Assembly (NCBI GenBank): GCA_963712775.1
Contig: CAVQJG010000005.1
Span: 266,002-330,001 of the forward strand
Direction of reading: 5' to 3'
From: Ilumatobacteraceae bacterium
GTDB lineage: Bacteria; Actinomycetota; Acidimicrobiia; Acidimicrobiales; Ilumatobacteraceae
Length of the DNA: 64,000 bases
Positions within the stretch are counted from its first letter, which is position 1. Each line of letters begins with the position of its first letter. Below are positions 16,694 through 25,458 of the stretch, in pieces. The position numbers and the translations under genes were made by a program. Below the pieces are notes generated by a model, which was not told the origin of the DNA, made no database searches, and was given only the letters and a program-made list of their open reading frames with translations.

Positions 16694-17923
16694 ATGTTCC
16701 GATGGAGCGATGAACACGAGATGATCCGCGAGGCCGTGAAGCGCTTCGTCGACGACGAGATCCGCCCACACGTGGACGAACTCGAACACGGCGACCTGCC
16801 GCCGTACGACATCCTGCGCAAGATGTTCGCGACCTTCGGCATGGACACGATGGCCCGCGACGGCTTCAAGCGACGCATCGAACGCGAACGTGCGATCGCG
16901 GCCGGAGAGGACGTCGACACCAGCGGCGGGTCCGGCGGCGGCGACGGAGGCGGCATGTCGCTGATCCCGATCATCGAGCTGTGTCGGGTGTGTCCGGGCA
17001 TGGTGACGGCGATGGGTGTGTCGATGGGGCTCACGTCGGCCGCGATCATGTCGAAGGGCACGATCGCGCAGAAGGAGCGCTGGGCGCTCGACCTGCTCAC
17101 GATGGACAAGGTCGGCGCCTGGGCGATCACGGAACCCGGCAGTGGCTCCGACGCGTTCGGCTCGATGCGTTCGACCGCCCGCCGCGACGGTGACGACTAC
17201 ATCCTCAACGGGTCCAAGACCTTCATCACCAATGGCCCCTACGCCGACACGACGGTGTTCATCTGCAAACTCGACGACGGAACGACACCGGCCGAGCAGC
17301 GCAAGGTGCTGTCGTTCGTGCTCGATCGGGGCATGCCGGGCTTCGAGCAGTCGAAACCGCTGCGCAAGATGGGGATGCACTCCTCCCCCACCGGTGAGCT
17401 GTTCCTCGACGATGTCCGTGTCGGCCGCGACCGTCTGATCGGCGAGACCGAGGACCTTCCCGCCGGCGGGCGCGACGGTGCGAAGGCGACGTTCCAGCAG
17501 GAGCGCTCCGGCGTCGCTGCGATGGCCCTCGGCATCATCGAGGAGTGCCTCCAGCTCAGCGTGCAGTACGCCAAGGACCGGGTGCAGTTCGGCAAGCCGA
17601 TCGGCGAGTTCCAACTGATCCAGGACAAGCTCGCACGCATGGAGGTCGCCCGCCTCAACGTGCAGAACCTCGTGTTCCGGACGATGGAGATGGGCGCCGC
17701 CGGCGAGACGATGACGCTCGCCGAGGCGTCCGCCATGAAGCTGTACTCTGCGCGCGCCGCCACCGAGGTGGCGCTCGAGGCGGTGCAGCTGTTCGGTGGC
17801 AACGGCTACATGAGCGAGTTCCGGGTGGAGCAGCTCGCTCGCGACGCCAAGGTGCTCCAGATCTACGCAGGCACCGACGAGATCCAGATCGTCGCCATCG
17901 CCAAGGACCTGCTGCGAGCGTGA
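16694..17923 (+). CDS. acyl-CoA dehydrogenase
   Basis: WAITEPGSGSDAFGSMRSTARRDGDDYILNGSKTFITNG..QFGKPIGEFQLIQDKLARM..GGNGYMSEFRVEQLARDAKVLQIYAGTDEIQ. SD GGAGGG upstream. Confidence 0.9.
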   Translation: MFRWSDEHEMIREAVKRFVDDEIRPHVDELEHGDLPPYDILRKMFATFGMDTMARDGFKRRIERERAIAAGEDVDTSGGSGGGDGGGMSLIPIIELCRVCPGMVTAMGVSMGLTSAAIMSKGTIAQKERWALDLLTMDKVGAWAITEPGSGSDAFGSMRSTARRDGDDYILNGSKTFITNGPYADTTVFICKLDDGTTPAEQRKVLSFVLDRGMPGFEQSKPLRKMGMHSSPTGELFLDDVRVGRDRLIGETEDLPAGGRDGAKATFQQERSGVAAMALGIIEECLQLSVQYAKDRVQFGKPIGEFQLIQDKLARMEVARLNVQNLVFRTMEMGAAGETMTLAEASAMKLYSARAATEVALEAVQLFGGNGYMSEFRVEQLARDAKVLQIYAGTDEIQIVAIAKDLLRA

Positions 17924-17925
17924 CC

Positions 17926-17958
17926 GATTGCAGCAGGGGTCAGACCCCCGGTGCAATC
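17926..17958. terminator. hairpin with GGGGTCAGACCCC apex (family G copy a)
   Basis: GATTGCAGCAGGGGTC-A-GACCCCCGGTGCAATC, 16-nt arms with 2 mismatches. Lies between the ACAD stop (17923) and the tRNA-Lys 3' end (17961). Confidence 0.55.
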
Positions 17959-17960
17959 AG

Positions 17961-18032
17961 TGCTTCCCCTGGGATTCGAACCCAGAACCAATGGATTAAG
18001 AGTCCACTGCTCTGCCATTGAGCTAGAGAAGC
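17961..18032 (-). tRNA. tRNA-Lys (anticodon CTT)
   Basis: Reverse complement GCTTCTC-TA-GCTC-AATGGCA-GAGC-A-GTGGA-CTCTTAA-TCCAT-TGGTT-CTGGG-TTCGAAT-CCCAG-GGGAAGC-A folds as a canonical 72-nt cloverleaf. CCA is not encoded. Confidence 0.9.
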
Positions 18033-18104
18033 AAGCGGCCTGACAGGGTACCGAGCGAAGTGCCGCTCCGCACCTCGTTTCTGCACCCCGTCAGGGCCTG
18101 CGTT

Positions 18105-18181
18105 TGGGGTGGCCAAGGGGACTTGAACCCCCAACCGCCAGGATCACAACCTGGTGCTCTACCTGTTGAGCTATGACCACC
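18105..18181 (-). tRNA. tRNA-His (anticodon GTG) with encoded G-1 and CCA
   Basis: Reverse complement G-GTGGTCA-TA-GCTC-AACAGGTA-GAGC-A-CCAGG-TTGTGAT-CCTGG-CGGTT-GGGGG-TTCAAGT-CCCCT-TGGCCAC-C-CCA. The extra 5' G opposite discriminator C is typical for tRNA-His. Confidence 0.9.
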
Positions 18182-18241
18182 ATGTGGTCGCACAGTCTGC
18201 CAGGCCGGACCGATTTCGCCACCAACGAGTCGACGCAGGGA

Positions 18242-18955
18242 TCAGGACTGCATCCGCTGGCGCCACGCATCGGGTTTGAGCCCGAGCTCCACCATGCGCT
18301 CCTGTGCCCAGATCGGTGGTTCGAAGTCGCCTCCCGCCTCCAGGCGCCGTACCTGTTCGCCGTCCTCCGCCCAGACGTGGCAGGTGTTGAGGTTGGTCTG
18401 CCACATCATCCTGCGCTGTTCCGGTGTCGGCTCCTGGCCGTCGCCTCCCGATGCGCCGGAGCGACGAGCCTGGGAGGCCCGCATCGACCACATGCACTGG
18501 ATCGCCACCGGCGCCATCGCCTGGAGCAGCGCCGTGGTGTGGGTGCACCCACGCGGGCCGCCGAACAACTCGCGCACCTTGTGGGTGAAGCCTCGTGCGA
18601 TCGAGAGCCCGACGAGCTTCGAGTAGTGCCCCTCGATGCTCGGACACGACGGCCCCGGGTGGATCTCGATGCCCACCGTTGCACCGACGATCTCGAGCGT
18701 CGGGAAGGCGATCTCGAGATCGACCTGCATGTGATGGATCGTCATCGGGTTCGGATCGATGTCGATGTACAGCCCCGGAGGCTTCTGGTCGCGCACCGCG
18801 CCACGGATCAACAGCAGGTCGTCAGCCTTGCGGAACGCCCGCACGCGGTACTCGCGGTCGTGGAGCACCTCGAGCGGTTCGCCGTCGTCGGCCAACGGCG
18901 TGGGGGGCAGGATCGTGGAGTCGTCGAACAGGTCGTCGACGGTCGGGGCAGCCAT
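18242..18955 (-). CDS. conserved hypothetical protein (DUF2889-like; GCTHTT motif)
   Basis: ATG 18955 inside the 465-aa ORF. MAAPTVDDLF..YRVRAFRKADDLLLIRGAVRD..MTIHHMQVDLEI..FGGPRGCTHTTALLQAMAPVAIQ. The family assignment is from memory. Confidence 0.6.
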   Translation of the reverse strand: MAAPTVDDLFDDSTILPPTPLADDGEPLEVLHDREYRVRAFRKADDLLLIRGAVRDQKPPGLYIDIDPNPMTIHHMQVDLEIAFPTLEIVGATVGIEIHPGPSCPSIEGHYSKLVGLSIARGFTHKVRELFGGPRGCTHTTALLQAMAPVAIQCMWSMRASQARRSGASGGDGQEPTPEQRRMMWQTNLNTCHVWAEDGEQVRRLEAGGDFEPPIWAQERMVELGLKPDAWRQRMQS

Positions 18956-19030
18956 CGGAGCACGGTACCGCGAGCGCCCCCGCAGAATCCGACCGACGTC
19001 GCAGTGGTGCCGGTGCGCCACACTGGTGCG

Positions 19031-19645
19031 GTGAACCAGCTCGACGTCGCTGCATTGACCGGACAGCACGTGTCGCTCGAACCGCTGCAGGTCGAGCACG
19101 TCGACGACCTCGCGGCGGCAGGCGCCGGCGACCGCTCGACGTTCGCCTACACCCAGGTCCCCGACGGCACCGCCGACGCTGCTGCGTACGTCGACTGGCT
19201 CCTCGACGACGCCGCCAACGGCCGGGCCGCACCGTTCGTCCAGCGGCGTGTCACCGACCGGACGATCGTCGGCTGCACCCGCTTCCTCAACCCGCAATGG
19301 CCGCTCTCGCGCCCACATCCCGACGAGGTCGAGATCGGCGGCACGTGGCTCGCCGTTGCCGCCCAGCGGAGCCCGATCAACACCGAGGCCAAACTGCTCC
19401 TCCTGACCCACGCGTTCGAGGTGTGGCAGGTGCAACGGGTCGCGATCTGCACCGATGCCCGCAATGCGCAGAGCCGGCGTGCGATCGAGCGCATCGGCGC
19501 CGAGTTCGAGGGTGTCCTGCGACGCCATCGACGATCGACCCACGCCGGTGACGGCGACCGGCTCCGCGACACCGCCTCGTACTCGGTCACGATCGACGAC
19601 TGGCCCCGGGTCACGGGACGCCTGCGGGGACTCCTCCACCGCTGA
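19031..19645 (+). CDS. GNAT family N-acetyltransferase (RimJ/RimL-like)
   Basis: C-terminal part of + ORF 18173..19645. LTGQHVSLEPLQVEHVDDL..IGGTWLAVAAQRSPINTEAKLLLLTHAFEVWQVQRVAICTDARNAQSRRAIERIGAEFEGVLRRH. GTG 19031 chosen; in-frame GTGs at 19004, 19007 and 19013 are also possible. Confidence 0.75.
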   Translation: MNQLDVAALTGQHVSLEPLQVEHVDDLAAAGAGDRSTFAYTQVPDGTADAAAYVDWLLDDAANGRAAPFVQRRVTDRTIVGCTRFLNPQWPLSRPHPDEVEIGGTWLAVAAQRSPINTEAKLLLLTHAFEVWQVQRVAICTDARNAQSRRAIERIGAEFEGVLRRHRRSTHAGDGDRLRDTASYSVTIDDWPRVTGRLRGLLHR

Positions 19646-19680
19646 TCGACCGCTCGCCGTCCGCCGGGGACGACCGAGGA

Positions 19681-20532
19681 ATGCGCCGAGTCCGGGTCGG
19701 GCACCTATCGTCGGAGTCGGTGCCGCTCTCGAACAGTTCCGTCAAACTCAGCCACGCGGCGCTCGTCGGCGTGGCGGCCGGGCTGCTGGGAGGCCTGTTC
19801 GGCGTCGGCGGCGGGCTGATCATCGTGCCCGGTCTCGTCGGTTTCGCCCACATGGAGCGTCGCCTCGCCCACGGCACCTCGCTCGCCGCCACGTTGCCGA
19901 TCGCGCTCGCGAGCCTCGTCACCTACCTCGCCCACGGCAACGTCGACTGGCCGGTCGCGCTGTTCCTCGCGATCGGCGCGATCGCCGGCGCGATCGTCGG
20001 CACCCAGCTGCTCCACGTGATCCCGAAGAACGTGCTGGTGATGGTCTTCGTCATCACGGTGCTCGCCACCGCAACCAGGCTCCTGATCAGTTCGGACTCC
20101 ACGGGCCGTGCGGAACTGACCATCGTCTCTGCGTTGCTGCTGGTACTCGTCGGCTTCTTCACGGGCACGCTCGCCGGTCTGCTCGGCATCGGCGGCGGCG
20201 TGATCATGGTGCCCGCGATGGTCGTCGGTCTCGGGATGGTCCCCGCACTGGCCAAGGGCACGTCGGTCGCGGTGATCGTGCCCACCTCGATCATGGGAAC
20301 GATCCGCAACCGCAAGAAGGCCAACGCCGACATCCCCGTCGCCGCCGTCGTCGGTGCCTGCGGCGCGGTCACCGCCGTGATCGGCGCAACGATCTCGGAC
20401 CGGATGAGCGACTCGCTGTCGAACATCATGTTCGCCGCGCTGCTGCTGTTCGTGGCGATCACCCAGTTGCTCTCGCTCCGCTCCAGGCCGTCGGATCGCG
20501 AGGCGGTTCCGGTGCTGCCCACCAACGACTGA
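19681..20532 (+). CDS. TauE/SafE (DUF81) family sulfite/anion exporter-like membrane protein
   Basis: Two repeats of the GxxGGxxGxGGGxxxVP motif (GLLGGLFGVGGGLIIVPGL and GTLAGLLGIGGGVIMVPAM). About 7 TM helices. The start may be the internal GTG 19720. Confidence 0.8.
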   Translation: MRRVRVGHLSSESVPLSNSSVKLSHAALVGVAAGLLGGLFGVGGGLIIVPGLVGFAHMERRLAHGTSLAATLPIALASLVTYLAHGNVDWPVALFLAIGAIAGAIVGTQLLHVIPKNVLVMVFVITVLATATRLLISSDSTGRAELTIVSALLLVLVGFFTGTLAGLLGIGGGVIMVPAMVVGLGMVPALAKGTSVAVIVPTSIMGTIRNRKKANADIPVAAVVGACGAVTAVIGATISDRMSDSLSNIMFAALLLFVAITQLLSLRSRPSDREAVPVLPTND

Positions 20533-20534
20533 CG

Positions 20535-21128
20535 ATGCTCGTCGCCGTCGTCGTCGCCCACCCGTCGGCCGACAGCTACTGCCATGCGCTCGCATCGCGG
20601 GCCGTCGCCGGGCTGCGCGCCGCAGGCCACGACGTCGAGGTCCTCGACCTCAGCGCCGAGCGCTTCGTCGCCGCGATGACCCCGGCCGAACGACACGCCT
20701 ACCACGGCGACGAGCCGGTGCTCGACCCGATGGTCGCCCGTCATGCCGCGATCGTGACGGCGGCGGAGGCACTGGTCTTCGTGTACCCGACCTGGTGGAG
20801 CGGTCTGCCGGCGATCCTCAAGGGCTGGCTCGAGCGGGTGATGGTGCCCGGTGTCGGCTTCCGGTTCGACGAACGAACCGGCAAGGTCCGTCCCGGGCTC
20901 GGTCAGATGCGTCATCTCGTCGGAATCTCCACCTACGGCTCGCCACGGTCGTACGTGCGGTTCGTGAACGACAACGGCCGCCGGGTCATCACCCGGGCAC
21001 TGCGGATGTCATGCGGTTTCCGGGTCAGGAGCCGGTGGCTCGGCCTCTACGCGATCGACACGTCGACGCGGACACAGCGCGACGAGTTCGCGGCGAGGGT
21101 CGAACGCGAGATGGCGGGGCTGCGATGA
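20535..21128 (+). CDS. NAD(P)H dehydrogenase (quinone)/flavodoxin-like fold protein, paralogue 1
   Basis: ATG 20535, 2 nt after the TauE stop. MLVAVVVAHPSADSYCHAL..ALVFVYPTWWSGLPAILKGWLERV. Confidence 0.8.
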   Translation: MLVAVVVAHPSADSYCHALASRAVAGLRAAGHDVEVLDLSAERFVAAMTPAERHAYHGDEPVLDPMVARHAAIVTAAEALVFVYPTWWSGLPAILKGWLERVMVPGVGFRFDERTGKVRPGLGQMRHLVGISTYGSPRSYVRFVNDNGRRVITRALRMSCGFRVRSRWLGLYAIDTSTRTQRDEFAARVEREMAGLR

Positions 21129-21715
21129 CGAGGGCACTGGTCGTCCACTGTCACCCGCTCGAGGAGTCGTTCGTCGCCGCGGTACGGGACCGCACGCTCG
21201 CAGGCCTGGTCGCCGGTGGAGCCGAGGTCCGGTGCACCGACCTCTACGCCGAGGGCTTCGACCCGGAGTTCACCGCACTCGACCACGCGCGCCATCTCGA
21301 ACCCGGTACCGATCCCTCGCTCACGGGCCACGCCGACGATCTGCGCTGGTGCGACACGCTCGTGCTCGTCTACCCCACCTGGTGGTCGGCCCAGCCGGCG
21401 ATGCTGAAGGGCTGGATCGACCGCGTGTGGGTCAACGGCGTGGCCTGGACGCTGCCCGACGGAGCCAACCGCCTCCGCCCCGGCTTGCGCAACATCCGGC
21501 GGCTGGTCGCGGTCACCACCCACGGGTCGTCGAAGTGGATCAACATGATCGAGGGTGAGGCGGGCAAGCGAACCCTCACGCGGAGTCTGCGCACGATGTG
21601 CCACCCGGCCGCGAGGACCACCTGGTTGGCCATGTACGGCATCGACTCGGCATCGGATCGGGACCGGGCGGTGTTCCTCGACCACGTCGAACGACGGATG
21701 CGCCGTCTCGCCTGA
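21125..21715 (+). CDS. NAD(P)H dehydrogenase (quinone)/flavodoxin-like fold protein, paralogue 2
   Basis: ATG 21125 overlaps the previous stop (ATGA). MTRALVVHCHPLEESF..TLVLVYPTWWSAQPAMLKGWIDRV is a clear paralogue of the preceding gene. Confidence 0.8.
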   Translation: MTRALVVHCHPLEESFVAAVRDRTLAGLVAGGAEVRCTDLYAEGFDPEFTALDHARHLEPGTDPSLTGHADDLRWCDTLVLVYPTWWSAQPAMLKGWIDRVWVNGVAWTLPDGANRLRPGLRNIRRLVAVTTHGSSKWINMIEGEAGKRTLTRSLRTMCHPAARTTWLAMYGIDSASDRDRAVFLDHVERRMRRLA

Positions 21716-21740
21716 CCCTCCTCGGAGGCGGATGGGCACG

Positions 21741-22643
21741 TCAGGGCGTTGCGATCGCCACGGCGACCCGGGCGGCAACGGCGGCGTTGTTCTCGGCCAG
21801 CGCGAGGTTCGCCGGGATGCTGCGACCCTCGGTGGCGGCCCCGATGCGACCGAGCACGAAGGGCGTCACCGCGGCCCCGGTGACGCCGGCGCGCTCGCAC
21901 TCCTCCAGCGCCTCACGGAGCACGGCGTCGAGTTCGGCCGCGTCGAGTTCGGCGTCCTCGGGGATCGGCACCGTGAGCAGCATCCCCGACTCGGGGCGGC
22001 TGCGGGCCGCGAAGATGCGAGCGACCTCGTCGGCCGACTCGACCCGGTGCGGGACGGGGAGCCCCGACGAGCGGGTGTAGAAGGCCGGGAACCAGTCGTG
22101 CTGCCAACCGAGCACGGCAGCGCCGGCCGTCTCCAGGAACTCGAGCGTGCGGGGCAGGTCGAGGAACGCCTTGGCGCCCGCCGAGACGGTGACGACCGGA
22201 TGCGAGGCGATCGCGTCGAGGTCCGCCGAGATGTCGCCGGTGACCTCGGCGCCACGGTGCACCCCACCGATGCCACCGGTTGCGAACACCGGCACGCCGG
22301 CTGCGGCGGCGATCGCAACCGACGCCGAGACGGTGGTCGCACCGAGTTCCCACCGTTGACCCACCGCGACGGCGACGTCGCGTTCGGCGGCCTTGCGAGC
22401 CGGGCCGAGGATCCGTTCGTGCTCGACATCGGTGAGCCCGAGACGAACCACACCGTCGAGCACCGCCGTCACCGCCGGGACGGCCCCACCTTCCCGCACT
22501 GCGGCCAGACACCGCTGGAGCGCGTCGCGATTGTGGGGCGAGGGCAGCCCGAGGTGCGAGAAGATCGTCGACTCGAGCGCCACGACCGGGCGTCGCCCGT
22601 CGATCGCTGCACGGACTTCCTCGGAGCACACTGGTGTCAGCAC
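21741..22643 (-). CDS. psuG: pseudouridine-5'-phosphate glycosidase
   Basis: VVALESTIFSHLGLPSPHN..VTAVLDGVVRLGL..ATTVSASVAIAAAAGVPVFATGGIGGVHRGA..DISADLDAI..VTVSAGAKAFLD. GTG start 22643. Confidence 0.9.
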   Translation of the reverse strand: MLTPVCSEEVRAAIDGRRPVVALESTIFSHLGLPSPHNRDALQRCLAAVREGGAVPAVTAVLDGVVRLGLTDVEHERILGPARKAAERDVAVAVGQRWELGATTVSASVAIAAAAGVPVFATGGIGGVHRGAEVTGDISADLDAIASHPVVTVSAGAKAFLDLPRTLEFLETAGAAVLGWQHDWFPAFYTRSSGLPVPHRVESADEVARIFAARSRPESGMLLTVPIPEDAELDAAELDAVLREALEECERAGVTGAAVTPFVLGRIGAATEGRSIPANLALAENNAAVAARVAVAIATP

Positions 22644-22672
22644 GCCGCCAGGCTACGACCCGAACATCCCGA

Positions 22673-22774
22673 GCGATGAGCGAACGACGCCCATCCGGTG
22701 CATCCGCTCATCGCCGACCGATTCGACCTTCCGCCGATGAGCGAAGTACCCGTATCCGGTGGGTTCGCTCATCG
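22673..22774. repeat. tandem pair of ~42-nt palindromic units (GCGATGAGCG..ATCCGGTG..CGCTCATCGC)
   Basis: Unit 1 is 22673-22714 and unit 2 is 22735-22774. They share arms CGATGAGCGAA / CGCTCATCGCC and the loop block ATCCGGTG. They lie between the rskA-like stop (22797) and the psuG start (22643). Confidence 0.7.
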
Positions 22775-22796
22775 CCCGCAGGGCTCGAGCGGAGTG

Positions 22797-23567
22797 TCAG
22801 AAGGTGCCGACGAAGGCACCCTCGGGGTTGCCGTCGCTGACCACGCCCGGGAACTCCTCGATCGTGATCGCGAGCGCGGAGACCGGCCCTTCGACCGTGA
22901 AGGTCTCCAACTCCGGATTCGGACCGAAGATGCCGAGCGAGATCACCTGGCCGTCGTCGACCACGCCCCAGAGCTGGTACGTCTGGCCGTCGGGCAGCGT
23001 CGGAAGGTCCTGCGCCACGACGAATCCGTGGCCGTCCTGGTCGATGACCGCCTCGGCCGATGCCTCCGACGCATCGGAGACCAGCACGGTCGTCACCGAA
23101 TCGCGATCGGCGACCGCGGTCTCGAACGCACTCGCGATCGGTTCGTTGGGGGCATCGGCACGGTCGGCGACCAGGCCGATCGCCACGAAACCGATCACGG
23201 CCGCAGCTGCCGCCGAGACGATCCAGGGGGTCGCTGCGGCGATGCCACGGCGACGGGGGTGCTCGTCGAACGACATGACCTTCGCGAGCTCGGGTCCCGG
23301 GGGAGGCGCCTGTTCGCCGATCTCGTCGGCGATGCGTCCCCACAGGTCGTCGGGAGCGTCCATACCGGTGAACGCCAGCATCGTCGCAACCTCGCGATGG
23401 GCCTGCACCTCTGCCTGCGCACGGGGGTTCACGGCCAGGTAGTCGTCGACCCGGTCGCGCTCGTCGTCGTCGACGGCGTCGAGGGCGTACGCGCCCAGCA
23501 GTTCGTCGATGTCGTAGATGTCTCCGGGGGTTCCCGCCATGTCGTCCATCTCTTCACTCATCGTCAA
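22797..23567 (-). CDS. anti-sigma factor, RskA-like (anti-sigma-K type)
   Basis: N-terminal anti-sigma helix region (ELLGAYALDAVDDDERDRVDDYLAVNPRAQAEVQ), one TM helix and the C-terminal RskA-type domain (GQTYQLWGVVDDGQVISLGIFGP..LAITIEEFPG). TTG 23567 overlaps the sigma stop; ATG 23561 is an alternative. Confidence 0.8.
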   Translation of the reverse strand: MTMSEEMDDMAGTPGDIYDIDELLGAYALDAVDDDERDRVDDYLAVNPRAQAEVQAHREVATMLAFTGMDAPDDLWGRIADEIGEQAPPPGPELAKVMSFDEHPRRRGIAAATPWIVSAAAAAVIGFVAIGLVADRADAPNEPIASAFETAVADRDSVTTVLVSDASEASAEAVIDQDGHGFVVAQDLPTLPDGQTYQLWGVVDDGQVISLGIFGPNPELETFTVEGPVSALAITIEEFPGVVSDGNPEGAFVGTF

Positions 23568-24160
23568 TCAGCCCCGATGCTCACGCCGGCTTGTACGAGC
23601 TCGACTCGGAGGCGTTTGAGCCCCGACCTGATCCGGCTCTTCACCGTCCCTTCGGGCTCGCCCAACCGCTCTGCGGCTTCCTTGTATGTCAAACCACCAA
23701 AATATGCGAGTTCGATCGCCTCACGCTCGCCCTGCTGCAAGGTTTCCATCGCTTCGCGGACGTGACCGGCGAGCGCGAGATCCCACACCTCGTGGGAGAT
23801 GTCGTAGCCGCCGACGGCCTGCTGTCGGGCTTCCTTCTCCTCACGATTGCGCCGAGACGCGTCGGCACGGATCAGATCGACCGATCGGCCGTGGGTGTGC
23901 GCCAACAGGAAACTGCGCAACGTCCCTCGCTCCGGGTCGTACCGATTCGGTTCGTTCCAGAGCCGGACGAAGACCTCCTGCACGATCTCCTCGGCACGCG
24001 AGTGGTCGCTGAGCAGGCGTTTCGCCAATCCGAAACAGGCTCCGGCGTGACGACGGTACGCCTCGGCGAGCGCAGCCTGCTGATAGCGGCCGATCGACAC
24101 GACCAGTGCCGCATCGGATGCCTCGGTGTACTCCCGTCTCACATCGTCTGTACGTTGCAC
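23564..24160 (-). CDS. sigK: ECF RNA polymerase sigma factor (SigK-like)
   Basis: Region 2 (AEEIVQEVFVRLWNEPNRYDPERGTLRSFLLAHTHGRSVDLIR) and region 4 HTH (EREAIELAYFGGLTYKEAAERLGEPEGTVKSRIRSGLKRL). The symbol is inferred only from the RskA-type partner. Confidence 0.8.
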   Translation of the reverse strand: MQRTDDVRREYTEASDAALVVSIGRYQQAALAEAYRRHAGACFGLAKRLLSDHSRAEEIVQEVFVRLWNEPNRYDPERGTLRSFLLAHTHGRSVDLIRADASRRNREEKEARQQAVGGYDISHEVWDLALAGHVREAMETLQQGEREAIELAYFGGLTYKEAAERLGEPEGTVKSRIRSGLKRLRVELVQAGVSIGAD

Positions 24161-24195
24161 GGCATCCTCCCGGATGAAGATTCGTTCACACTATT

Positions 24196-25401
24196 TCAGA
24201 CGACCCTCGGAACGAACCTGGTCACGGTCTCGACATGGTGGGTGTTCGGGAACAGATCGAGCACCTCGACCCGTTCGGGTCGGTAGCCGGCATCGGCCAT
24301 CAGCGCCACGTCGCGGGCCAGCGAGACGGGGTCACAACTCACCAGCACGACCACGGGTGCTTGCGCCGCCGTCAGCGCTGCCACGCCCGGCCGACCGAGG
24401 CCGGGTCGGGCAGGATCGGCGACGATCACGTCGACGCGCGGCGTCGGGCCGGACCCGTCGGGAGGCGTCCATCCGGTGATCTCCGCTCGAACCACGCTCG
24501 CCTCGCGCCCCTGCAGGTTGTGTTCGGCGTCGCGACACGCCGACGCGCTCGACTCGATGACCGTCACGTGCTCGCACGCCGCCATCGCGGTGGCAGCGAA
24601 CAGCCCGACCCCGCCGTAGGCATCGACCGCGTGACGTGCGGTGGCGAGTTCCGGCGCAGCCGCCGACACCGCGGCGACCAGCAGCTCTGCGGCCTGCTGG
24701 CCGGACTGGAAGAACGACCCGGCCGACACTCGGAGGTCGTGACCGGCGACACGCTCGACCAGCCAGGCCCGCTCGCCGATGTGGACCTCGGACGGGATGC
24801 CGCGGATCGCCTTGCGGAACCGCTTGTCCCACATCGCCGTCACGGCGCCGGTCGCCACGGAGGTCCGCAGCGTCAGCTCGGCGCCCTCATCGGCCTCGAT
24901 CACGGAGAGCAGACGCGACAGCTTCGACTCGGCCACCGGACAGCTCGTGACCGGGACCACCCGATCGGACGCCTGCTCGCGGAATCCCACCGAGGCGTGG
25001 GGCCCACCGACCACGCGGATCGTGGTGCGATAGCCGAACGGCGACACCGCTCCCCCGCGCCGCACGATGCCCTCGGCGGTCGCCTGGTCGAGCCGACCGA
25101 CCCGACGCAGCGACTCGATCACGATCCCCACCTTGGCGTCGAGTTGGGCCGTCGGCTGCAGGTGCATCCAGTCGCAGCCGCCACATCCGGCACGACGGTG
25201 CGCGCACGACGGCGAGTCGCGTACCGGCGACCGCTCGATGATCTCGACGACGGTGGCCGTGGCGAAGTCCTTCTTCGTGGACACGATCTCCACCTCGACC
25301 AGTTCGCCCGGGAGCGCGCCGTCGATGAAGACCACCCGCCCATCGTCGGCTCGAGCCATGGCATCGCCGCCCGCGACGAGACGATCAGGGGTCAGCTGCA
25401 C
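24196..25401 (-). CDS. RumA/TrmA-family RNA (uracil-5-)-methyltransferase with TRAM domain and Fe-S Cys cluster
   Basis: GTG 25401 (VQLTPDRLVAGGDAMAR..) within the 505-aa ORF. CAHRRAGCGGCDWMH cluster, SAM motif VDAYGGVGLFA, catalytic region VLVSCDPVSLARD. Confidence 0.85.
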   Translation of the reverse strand: MQLTPDRLVAGGDAMARADDGRVVFIDGALPGELVEVEIVSTKKDFATATVVEIIERSPVRDSPSCAHRRAGCGGCDWMHLQPTAQLDAKVGIVIESLRRVGRLDQATAEGIVRRGGAVSPFGYRTTIRVVGGPHASVGFREQASDRVVPVTSCPVAESKLSRLLSVIEADEGAELTLRTSVATGAVTAMWDKRFRKAIRGIPSEVHIGERAWLVERVAGHDLRVSAGSFFQSGQQAAELLVAAVSAAAPELATARHAVDAYGGVGLFAATAMAACEHVTVIESSASACRDAEHNLQGREASVVRAEITGWTPPDGSGPTPRVDVIVADPARPGLGRPGVAALTAAQAPVVVLVSCDPVSLARDVALMADAGYRPERVEVLDLFPNTHHVETVTRFVPRVV

Positions 25402-25458
25402 AGGGCCAGCGTACGGGGTGGGTGCTCGATCGATCGGTCGCCGCGCGACACTGGGTCC

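Noticed and set aside
18033-18104. A third tRNA or pseudo-tRNA between tRNA-His and tRNA-Lys, since the spacer is exactly tRNA-sized.
   Set aside because: I could not fold it into a cloverleaf. There is no T-loop GTTCRANYC, D-arm or 7-bp acceptor stem. It forms one long hairpin instead, so it is reported only as a structural oddity.
21741-22643. psuG without psuK as evidence for a broken or novel pseudouridine pathway.
   Set aside because: Absence from a 64-kb window says nothing about the genome. The only PfkB kinase here is translationally coupled to a different partner.
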